Shown one piece after another: positions 28,501-40,500 of a stretch of DNA of 64,000 bases. Origin of the DNA: Tubiluchus corallicola (lineage: Eukaryota > Animalia > Priapulida); the NCBI GenBank assembly GCA_030141605.1, contig JAQGDQ010000844.1, positions 1 to 64,000 of the forward strand, read 5' to 3'. The position numbers and the translations under genes were made by a program. Position 1 is the first letter of the stretch. Each line of letters starts with the position of its first letter. The notes beneath the pieces are model-generated. The model was not told the DNA's origin and searched no databases. It saw nothing but the letters and a program-made list of their open reading frames with translations.

Positions 28501-31500
28501 ACTGTAACATTGATTGCACAAAGATAGTGCTTTATTTGTGCAAACAATTTCACAGCGAATAGCATAGTACTTTCTTAAATGCATTTTATATCAACTTTTC
28601 ATGCAGTTTGGCAGTTTGCCAAGTCAAGATCCTGTACACTTAGCAATACAGAGCTACTTTGTGGCAGGACCTGACCGCAAAACTAACTTCATATGAAACT
28701 TGTTCCTCTGCAACAATGCTTTCAAGTAAAATCAACATGCAAAACACAAATTCCCTTCATGCTACAGAAATGCTTTTGTATAACATAACAAATAAAATTC
28801 CTTGCAAACTTGGATAAAAACTCAACTTTGACTGGAAAAACTACCTCTTTCCCGAGGGGAAGACCACTCCCGAGAGATGAAGTAAGACCAATACACTTTG
28901 AGATGAGCGTTCTAAAAGTAAGATATTCTTTCAAGACCACGCCCCGCAATATTGTCTTCATTTCTGGAATACCAGATCCTGTAAATAAACAAATGTCCAC
29001 AAAGTAAGTTCCAGCTCAGCACTAAAGATACTGTGTCAATCGCACGAACAGGTGTGACTAAGTGCTGTCACCTGGTGATTAAAACAAATAACTAGTTAGC
29101 TAGAACATTTTACACTTCTAACCCAAGCAAAATCTCAGCTAAACAGAATGGGGAGGCACAACACAGTTGGGTTGTCACATATTCAAATCACTACACTGCC
29201 ATTGATGAGACAGTTTGCATTCACAAGCTGATAACGAATTAGTAGTTTATCAGCTAGGGCAAATTTTTTTACAACTTTGGTTTCCTTCTCAATCAAATAA
29301 CATAAATTATTAAACACATATAGTCTTTCACGATAAATCTTCTTTATTGCCCTCGCCATGTCTGCACACACTTCCCTTGTAAAACTTTTCAGATTATTAG
29401 TAATTTAAATAATGTTCAAGGTCAACAAAAGATACATTGAATCGTTTTTTGAATGACTTACAATCAGTCGTCAAACTTACAGTAGTTTCATGCAACAATA
29501 TTAAGCCTCTATGCTGACCACTAAGTTCACAGTCATAAGATTGACCAAGAACCGAATTGTTAAGTTTCTGAAGCACCCCTGCTCGATTGTTCAGTTTAGC
29601 AACTAATTCAACATTCTGGTTTTCTAATGCAGACAAAGGTACCTCCACGATTACAAAGGCAAGAACGAATAGAAGGAGGCAGGAGGAAATAGCAATTGTT
29701 GTTACAGGTAAATATTCAAATTGTGTGCTAGCATTTGGCTTCAGCAGTTGGTGATGAAGCTTTGATGCCCGAGGCATAAGAAATGGAGATTGGTTGGAAA
29801 TTATAAAAAAGTCTCAAATGGAATGTAATACCCCGAAAACTTGGTTCATAATTATAGTGATCATTTTTAGTTACAGTCAGTATTTAACCCAAATCAATGT
29901 CTGCTTAACATGAATAACTTAGACACACAATAATTTGTGTAGGCGCATTTGCTGCATAACTTCTAAAACTTTTTCATTTGATTCTTTTTGGAATATTAAT
30001 GATTTGCATGATTTTTACCAGAGACAGTCCTCAAGTGGCGTTTTAAAAGTTTCTGACAAAAGTTGAGGGCCATGACAGAAGCACAATTATTGTTAGACAA
30101 ATGAAAACGAGTGACAGAAGTACAGTGACCACAATATGATTTTTACCAGATGACAAAAAGTTCGCCATTGCACAAAAGTTACATTCTTTCTCAACATCTA
30201 CTATGAATAAAGAGCCGACTAAGCAAAACCAATACAAGCGCTCATTACCACTTCTCTACTGAGGTCTGCCAAATTAACTTCATTTCCCAAGACGAAAATT
30301 ACTTACAATTACTCTCTGCTGCACCTTTGACATCACTGAGAGCAACAACATTATTAATTTAGAGTAGAGAATGGCTTCAGGTGCTAATAAACCGAACCAG
30401 CTGACTAGATGTATGAATAATTCACAACAAAATCAGCACACGCTAGAGAAATCATCATTGATTTTTAAATGTCTGAAAATCAGTGGCGGTTCGGAAAATC
30501 ACAGGTTCCACCCCCTGTTTTCACTCAATATTATCGCTAATATTCGATATCATGTGTTCTTTTTTGTCTTTAATTCTTTCTCTACACTTGTACACACTGT
30601 ATCTCGACACTAGGCGGAGGAGCTGCACAAGCAGCCAACGGTTAGAGGGCGGATGAGGTCTAGTGACCCAACGGCCATGTATAGCGGAGTAAACCTTCCA
30701 AATCAGGAGTAGAGCCCCGAAGGCGGACCAGTGCAGCATGCTCACTGACTCCGGCAGCTCCTGCAGCCAACCTGGTGCCAAACGTATCACTCCGCTTTCC
30801 TTTGGACTACACCAGGGAGGAAGAGAGGGGGTTCCTGTTGACCGGGCAACTCAGGATCTCCATACACCTTGGACAGGCATGCGCCCTGGAGACGTTCAAG
30901 AATCGCACAGCCACAGTCGACGCTGCAGCTCCATCAATGTGATCAATAACTGACTCTCTTAGCGCACACTCCATTGACTTTCGAGACAGAAGGATGCCAA
31001 CAACAATACTTGTACACACTTGTAAATCCTTGTACGGAACCAGAGCATGTCACGGAACTGTGCACTTCACAGCTTCAGCAACATGGTGCTTGGCTGCTGT
31101 GAGCATGCGGCCATGGGCACATGTCTGAGATAAGACGCTGCAAGCTAGGTAGAGAAAGCACTGTCGCTCATGCAGTGTCGATCAAGGAGAAAGTTATTAA
31201 TCTATTTGCACAAAGTAAACCAAGAAGAATGGATTTTGTTTTTAAATGAAAGGATCAATTTAAACTTAAATTAACTTAATAAATTAATTAATTAGATTAA
31301 TTTAACTTGAACTGTAACGATTTAGGCTAATAGTAAGTAAGATATATTTTCTTGTTTAGGATTTTAATGAATTTATGTGTATAAATTTTCTTTTTATATG
31401 TTTATTTTGCTTTTCACAATATTAAAACAATGGCTAAAAGTTTTCTGAAGCAGCAACACCACAAATTACAGCCACGAGACGCCACTGATGAAAATGCAGA

Positions 31501-34500
31501 TGCAGAGAAGGCTGATCTGAGCTGACCAGAACCTGCAAGATTAGTCCTCAACTCCATAAAACACCTTAGATACTTCTTAAGGTGTAAAATGTTCCTCAGG
31601 ACAGATATAAGAGTTAGATCACTAAAATTAAAATGATGTAGACAACTGAGGAAAATTATATATATTCTTGTGAAAACCAAATATGCTAGAAATTACAGAA
31701 GTACAGTGTCATTGACAGCTAAGATCACATTAATGTTGAAAGATGTGGGCTTTAATATTTTATGAAAAACAATAAAAACTTGATTCCTACACAAATTAAA
31801 AAACCTGCATATAGGTCAGAGTCCGAAAAAAGTCTTCGGTAGCAAAAAATTGAAAACGTTTTACTAGCAAGCTACCAGACGTTATTATATAGCACCAAGT
31901 TAATATCAAATGTAACTCTGTAGCGAGTTTCAAGGGTTAATTGGATCCTTCACATGGCTCAAAGGCAGTAACAAGTTCTGTCATAGCCTTTCATTTGGAG
32001 CTTGGAAAAGGTAAAGCCTTCGAAACCTCTTGCAACTGTTTTCACCATTTCAAGCAAAAATTTGCAAACAAAGACGGCAACCCAAATACAAAGTAGATTT
32101 CTAATTTACATACCTATTGCTTGTGGTGACACCAAATGTACAAATCCAGTGGAAAAGAGGATAAATACAACAGGAAATATGGTCCACGCAAAAAACTGAG
32201 CGGCAGGATAACCATCAAGCTCTTTATACAGCCATATCCTTGCTGTAAAATATTCAAATTTGATTAACGTAATTACTCTGTACCAGAAAAGGTAGAAATC
32301 TGTATAAGTACAGTTAAAGGAAAACAATACAAGATTTTAGACAATAACTACTCTGTACCAGAAAAGGTAGTGATCTGTATAAGTACAGTTAAAGGAAAAC
32401 AATACAAGATTTTAGACCATAACTACTCTGTACCAGAAAAGGTAGTGATTTGTATAAGTACAGTTAAAGGAAAACAATACAAGATTTTAGACAATAACTA
32501 CTCTGTACCAGAAAAGGTAGTGATCTGTATAAGTACAGTTAAAGGAAAACAATACAAGATTTTAGACCATAACTACTCTGTACCAGAAAAGGTAGTGATC
32601 TGTATAAGTACAGTTAAAGGAAAACAATACAAGATTTTAGACCGTAACTACTCTGTACCAGAAAAGGTAGTAATCTGTATAAGTACAGTTAAAGGAAAAC
32701 AATACATTGATTTTAGACCATAACTACTCTGTACCAGAAAAGGTAGTGATCTGTATAAATACAGTTAAAGGAAAACAGTACAAGATTTTAGACCATAACT
32801 ACTCTGTACCAGAAAAAGTAGTAATATGTATAAGTACAGTTAAAGGAAATCAATACAAGATTTTAGATAATAATTACTCTGTACCAGAAAAGGTAGTAAT
32901 TTGTATAAGTACAGTTAAAGGAAAACAATACAAGATTTTAGACCATAACTACTCTGTACCAGAAAAGGTAGTAATCTGTATAAGTACAGTTAAAGGAAAA
33001 CAATACAAGATTTTAGATCATAACTACTCTGTACCAGAAAAGGTAGTAATCTGTATAAGTACAGTTAAAGGAAAACAATACATTGATTTTAGACCATAAC
33101 TATTCTATACCAGAAAAGGTAGTAAGCTGTATAAATACAGTTAAAGGAAAACAATACAAGATTTTAGACCATAACTACTGTGTACCAGAAAAGGTAGTAA
33201 TCTGCATAAGTACAGTTAAAGGAAAACACTACAAGATTTTAGACCATAACTACTCTGTACCAGAATAGGTAGTGATCTGCATAAATACAGTTAAAGGAAA
33301 ACAATACATTGATTTTAGACCATAACTATTCTGTACCAGAAAAGGTAGTAATCTGTATAAATACAATTAAAGGAAAACAATACATTGATTTTAGACCATA
33401 ACTATTCTGTACCAGAAAAGGTAGTAAGCTGTATAAATACAATTAAAGGAAAACAATACAAGATTTTAGACCATAACTACTCTGTACCAAAAAAGGTAGT
33501 AATCTGTATAAGTACAGTTAAAGGAAAACAATACAAGATTTTAGACCATAACTATTCTGTACCAGAAAAGGTAGTAATCTGTATATGTACAGTTAAATGA
33601 AAACACTACAAGATTTTAGACCATAACTCACAATGATATATCATCTAAAATATTTAACATTGTTTTTAGGTATGATTTACATGAAGTAATTATATTAGAT
33701 TAGCAGTCCAGTTTTATTAGTTTTTCACTGATATGCCCTCTCAGGCACACACTGGGCAAAAAGAGGTGCTGTACCAGTTGTGACGTCAAGGAGAACTTGT
33801 CAAGGATCACACACTGACTTAGCGGTAAACTTAGAATTAGAATTTATGAATTTTTGGAAATTAAAATCAATGTAAACAGCAGTGCCACATTTCTTTTCTA
33901 GTTTTTGCAAGCAGTGTGAAATGCTCGAGAAGGATTTCTGCCATTGAAAAATTTTCCCACTCGTGCAAGGATTTCTAGCTAGAAGTGCCGAAAAGTGTAC
34001 AACTTAAGTTCGAGACGTATGCTATTTGTGATGCTACTGTTACACTATCAGTTATAATAACTTCAGCTAATAGCATTAGGAATCATATCATTGTACACAG
34101 TTCAGTCCACAGTTAATCGTATAACGAAGACAATACTTACACTCTTGTGAGGCATGGATGCAAAAGTCCATGGCATAACTGAGAAGGGCCATGAGAATTC
34201 CTAAAACGGCAAGAAATATCCAATCCTCGCCGATCTTGCCGAATATTTTGCCGACGAACCATTGCCACCGTGCTAAAAAGAGCGTGTCTACGTTTAGCAA
34301 GCGATATAACACTTGTAAGAAAACAGCAATGGTAACTGAGTAAACAGAAAACTGTAACTAGGTAAGAAAAAAACTGCAGACAAAGAACCTGGGAGCAGTG
34401 TTGTAAGTTCTTACTACAGTAAGCTCTGCTTAACTCAAATTTTCGCCTAACTCAAAGAATTTCAGCTGAACAGATGAAATCCATCGTTTTTCCTATAAAA

Positions 34501-37500
34501 AAATCGCTTAAAACAAAATATATACTCAAAATTTTGCCTAACTCAAATAAAAAATTATGGTCCATTTAATCAAAATACATATGATTTACTTTGCCTAACT
34601 CAAAAATGCAATTTACACTTTAAAAAAAGAAAATATTTCGTACAACTCAAAAATGGTATCGTTTAACAGTGTTGTGTACACGTCCTTTTGTAACAAAAAA
34701 ATCGTGTTTCACTACATAATTTGTTATTCTTTATGTAATTGTCATCAGATCTCGTCATTTATGTATAGAAAGTCAATATGTATATCTGCCTTCTATTTAG
34801 CTCGCCATCTGGTGGAGGGGTTAAGAGTTTCTATGCTGGAAAATGGTCAACAGCGCCTAACTCAAAGTTTTTTCGGTCCACTTGAATTTGAGTTATGCGG
34901 AGTTTACTGTAGTAGGATTCATTTAAAGATTATACAAAGTTTTCTCGCATGAACACCGATTAAAATTGTCCAAAGATAGGCTTATAAAGATACGTTTTCA
35001 AACCTTATTAAAGCTAGCACTTCCATTACAAATTAAACAGTTGTTTTGAATGGCATGAAGGAAATGATGTTCACTTTATTCTCGATCAGGTGAAAGTGCA
35101 TAAACTTTTAAGAAGAACAAAATGCCACAGCTAGTGTTAAATGATTTTATTCTGCCAAAAAATAAAAGCATAAGAGCACAAATTGTTTAAAGACGCTTTT
35201 CATGTAATTTCTCTTTCTGCTTACTTTTTAAACGGGTAACCCAAACTTTTTCGTAGCGATGAAAGCCCGGCGGAGGTTGCCTCCTTTCCTGTTTCTCTGA
35301 TTTTATTCGTTCCGCTTCCTTGCGTGCGAATTCTCCAAGATCCTTCCGGTAGTGGCCATACATCTAGAAGCAAAACAAGAGTATTAATCACTGTAAGTGA
35401 TTTAGGCCAATCTGGCCAATATACCATCACTTTCTCAAGTGCTCCAGGAAATTTCAAGGATGATCTTTGGCAATGGAAGCATATTCAGTTTACTACCGCA
35501 AATGAGCCAAAAACGACTACGCAACACAAAAATGAACGCTGTGAAATTGTGATCACAACATTTGTTAGTTCAGAATCATGCAACGAGCTTCAAATACAAT
35601 TTCTTTACGACTGCCACAACTGTAAACTGAACAGACTTCAAAGGTAAACTAAATGAAGAAGCTGTGAAAATTGTATGTGATACAAGTCAAGTAATGATTT
35701 GTCTGTCTCAGTTTACATCATAAAAACAAACAGCATTGTACACCGAAAGAGTTTGTTTCTTTACGTTATAACTTCGTCTTAATATTATTTGAAAGACACG
35801 TATTTCGTGATTGCTTGAAGAACACTCACAGAATTCTATCAAACAAACCATGCAAAATTTAGATCTGATAATATGATGCAATTAATTTTTTTTAATATGA
35901 ATGAAATGCCAGTGAGATGAATCTTGAATAAACAAAATCTCAAACATGAATCATTCCATTAATGGCATCAAAAACACTAATAAAGGCTGGTAATACAAAA
36001 GCTTCAAAGTGCTGAAGTGCTCAAAGCCACAAGCTAACACACCACAAACAGCAACATAAAATGCAAACTATTAAAGGCAGGCAAATTCGTACACATAAAT
36101 TTCCTATATCAAAGAAGATTATTTATATTATAGAAGATAAATTCTAAAAACACATGAAAATGCTAGACAACACTGTGAAAGGGCAATGACATACAGAAAT
36201 TTGTTATCTTTAAAATTTGTGGATTTAACAAGTGAACATGCAGAATTTCTCTCTACCTGATGCTAACCTAGTCAAAATAATAATAGATGGAACATTTAAA
36301 ATTCAAAAGTGGGAACAAGAATTAATGTAAGTAATTAGGTATAAAACTCCATTAACTATTGTGCACCAAATGGAACTCAGTCTGTCATGAAAGGGTTAAA
36401 AACCTTACTTGAAAGTGTCAAAGATACAGTGGTAATACCACTGTCTCTGTCTCTATGTATATATAGACTGAACATATTACATTCATGACAGACTGAGTTC
36501 CATTTGGTGTTCAGAATAAGAATATAAATATTTAAATTCTAAATATTGGTATTAGAGGTGAGCATTCTCTAACAGAAAGCAAATTCGAACCGAATTTGTG
36601 ACTTTCGAACACGAATTAAACCAAATTTCAGCATGCAGTTTTAATTTTTGAATCACTAATAAAAAGCTGTCTCACAAAGATCTTGCATATTGCTTGATTT
36701 TGTTTTGCATTAAAATACCAATAATTTGTGTAAAAATTTTTGCAGTGAAATCGCAGCTAAACTGTGCTGATTGCATGCTGTTTCAAACGTTTTAATGATA
36801 AAGAATATATATAGTTTAAGTGTTCAAATCTATAATTATGATCAAATCGAATGTGAACTTAAAAAACTTACTTGTTGGAATTCGATTTGAATGCTCAATC
36901 ATTCGATGCCCACCCCTAACAGGTATTGGTAAAATATCAACTTTCTTGCAGCATTTTTGTATAGGGATGTAATAAAGACAATGCACAATATCTGAGTGTA
37001 GTGATTTTAGCATAATGTGGTATCAAAACACGAGTTTCTTGATTGTAGACCAGATTATTTTCATCACTGATCATAAATTCACAGTACTTCTATGTTTATG
37101 CTATAATTTAAAATTCTCCTGAATTTGATTTACGGGCAAAACAACAGACTTTTAGCCCCGGGGGCAGGTTGATTGAAGGTGAAAGTGCAAAATGCATAAA
37201 TCTCGCAGTCAATATGAAGATGCTGGTAATAGACAATTCCCATGCTTGAAAATGCAGTTTATTAATAGTACACAAAAACAGAAAATACTATAGACAGAAG
37301 AATAATTGGCTATCTAACTTAATGTAAACATCCTAATAAAGTACGTATAAATCAAGTTTTTCCCTCGGGCGTCTTATATGTGCAATTGTCTGTGAAAACT
37401 TATTTTCCTGAAAACTACAACCTTACAAAAGTCAAGAGATTCCTATCACAAACAAACTAGTTATGAGCACTCTGCTGCTCTGGACGTTCAATCGTATTTT

Positions 37501-40500
37501 CACGATTAACTGTGCACAACCCATTTCCTGAGTGTCTACTGGTCGTGTTTGAAAATAACTGAGTCAAGATTCTCAAGAAGTTTTAATCGTGCATATTTCT
37601 TAGCTAACAAACAGTGGTGCATACTTGTTACAAACTTTTGTTATGCCCTTGGTTCGAGGCAATAAATCTACACTGCTAAATGCTTTACTGACCTTTTAGC
37701 ATGTCTAGAGAACATTAAAGAGTCTATAATTAAACCAGAGAGATTTTTCAGCTCAATGGCCGCGTAGAATTACACAGTACTGGCTGATGAAGCCAAAGCT
37801 TTTGTTTCCAATAAGTGCACTATTGTTTGCACTCCAATCTTGGTACGCTTGGTTAAGAAAAACTCAGCAGAAATCCATAACTGTACATAAAACGATTAAC
37901 TTTAATGAATGAGAGAAACGTTTTAATTTTGTTGATTTTCCACTAGCTAAAGAGACAAAGAGAAAAGTTCGGTCATCCGATATTGCCGAATTGTAACTGT
38001 GGATTTCGATTTGAGTCTGTTGAACAGTTTTTGTTGCAGTGCCCATTGTATCAACAAACTAGGGTTGTTATGTTTGATAAATTAAATGAAATACTTCTGC
38101 CTGAAAACCTTAATATAGCTGCCTTAGGAACTAATGATCTGTTGAAGTTGTTATTATTCGGAAAAGATTATTTTAACTATGTTGCTAACTGTAAAATATT
38201 CCAATGCATACATGAATTTATATTATGCACTAAACGCTTCCAGTAGTTTCTATATGATATGAAATGCATCAGTCTTAAATATTCGTACATTAATATTTCT
38301 AACCGTCAGTTTCTACTAATGTCTAATGTAATCTTGTAGTAAAGCTTGTCAGCTTATGTAGTTATAGTCTATTCTTACTGTAAATGTTTTTGTAAATAGT
38401 GTGCATAGACTGTTGTAGTGAGGATCCTAAATCATGTTGTTTAAACTGTCTGATCCAATCCTATAATAAATTATGTTTAAACTAACTAAAGTTTCACATA
38501 AGGTCAAAGCTCTCCTTGGGAGAGTTTACGGAGACAAACAATTCTTCTCAAGCGTTACACAAGATCTCACCTTTAACATGTGAGATTAATGTTGGATAGG
38601 GTTTTTAATAGCTAATTTAGTGAGATTTTTTATTTTTGTCTATCACGAAGAGAGAAATAAAATAGATGGAGAATTATTCAAAAAAGTTCTTGGAAAAGTC
38701 GTTGATATCTCTGTTACACCAAAATTCTAGCAGTGGACAGACACGAGGCAGACATACGTCCACCATTGTCATAAAACATTGTTAAATAACATTGTTATAC
38801 TGTTCTCAGAGTCTTCAGACTGACTTAGCAGTTCTTTATATAATTTATATTTTACAATGGCGTGGCTGATATTTTTTTAGGGGTGGCTGACTCAATGACC
38901 TCCTGGTCTTTCGCCACCCCATCTCTACACACGTTACCTAATTTGTTGCATTTGCGCTTATAAATATTATATTAGAGATAAATAAACCTTTTGAATTGAA
39001 TTGACAATGCGTTATTATAAGCAAATCAAGGCGAGTATCAATCTATAAAAAAGCAAAGCTGTGATTGGCTAAAAAAGCACAGAAAGCCATGTCATAATGC
39101 TGTTACTGAGATGTACCTGTTAGTTATAAGCACAGACACATGAACAACGATTAACAAATGCAATAACCAAATGTGTTAGTTAATTCGATAAAGAACACAT
39201 ACAAAAGAGTTAAAACTGCGCATATCAAAAATTTTTGTCCAGTACTGTTATCGTACATAATCTATCAAATTAAGAAGAATTAACTTGTAAGTGAATTTGA
39301 TTATGAGAATGGATGTATCACTTGACGTACCAGAACCTTTGCGTTAAGTAATATCTTGAAACTGCCGAAGTAACAAGATGTTGATTAAGTTAGACGGGCA
39401 ACAATATTTCAAGAGAGCCATAACCAGTATCCATAAACGCCCAACTGCCTGATTTCTACTGCATTTATGGACAGTAGTAATAGGCTTAGTAGATGTTTGG
39501 AAACACTAAGTTGATGAAGGCGCCTCCGAAAACCAGTGGACAAAGAAAAACTGGTGGTGTAATAAGTTTGTCCCACTGGTATAAGAAAACCAAACGAAAG
39601 GAGATTGCAACTGCAGCAACTGCTTACCAAAATCATAAGCAAATCATTGAACAACATAGACAGTAGCATTGAGGCGAAGACATTCAAAATGTTCAATGGT
39701 AAAGTTTAACATCTTCAAGCAAGGGATAAGTCAAGAACATAATGCTCTACGGCTAGCGGCATGTGTGTTGCAAAGTGTGCGCGCGCGTGCGTGCGTGCGT
39801 GTGTGTGCGTGCGTGCGTGTGTGTGTGTTGTATGTTGAAGAATCATTGTGTTGTAAAGTTGCTAATTTTACAAAGTGTGTGTAAGTTAGTGTTCAAGAAT
39901 GAATGCTTTATCGATAAGATGTATGTCAGCTGATATTACAAATTTTTTTACACAAATGAAAATTTTCTTTCTAAAGTTTTTTCCTGTACATTAGATGTAA
40001 GAAGTAATGCTAGCAAAGAACAAATATGGACTGTAAATTTCATTAAAGAAATTATATGGGCTCTAGAACGTAATCGTTTTGATTTTTTGACAGGAATGAG
40101 TTGTACGCCATACTAACACATCTTACTCTCACTTACTTGTATATATTCACATTGCTTACTAATCTTGTTAATTAATGTTATTTTGCTTGTTGATCTGTTT
40201 GTTTATTTGATGTGATTGTACCACGAGTGTGAATAAAATGATATATATATATCTTAATATATACATATATATATATATATATCTTAATATACATGTATAT
40301 ATATATATATGTATATATTAAGATTATTAGAAGTGGTAACACAACACAGTTACCATTCATGTTTTATTTTATTACTTTATTTATTACTTTTATTACAATG
40401 ATTATACCTATCACAAACTTCACTAAATGCCAAGAATTAGCTGCTGTATTTCAGTAAATTGTGTATTATTTACCAATGTTCACTTTGTTACACAGTCATA

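Noticed and set aside
29183-29830. ORFs of 126 aa and 62 aa on the minus strand within a ClC-2 intron
   Set aside because: No recognisable domain or splice context. Possibly a decayed retroelement fragment, but not supportable without a search.
32370-33600. Repetitive ORFs ([25 protein letters not shown])n
   Set aside because: Translation of the 75-bp minisatellite, broken by 76-bp frameshifting units.
39331-39434. Possible third ClC-2 first coding exon ending at CTG|gtacgt
   Set aside because: An in-frame stop lies upstream of the donor and no in-frame ATG follows it. A non-coding role cannot be judged from sequence alone.
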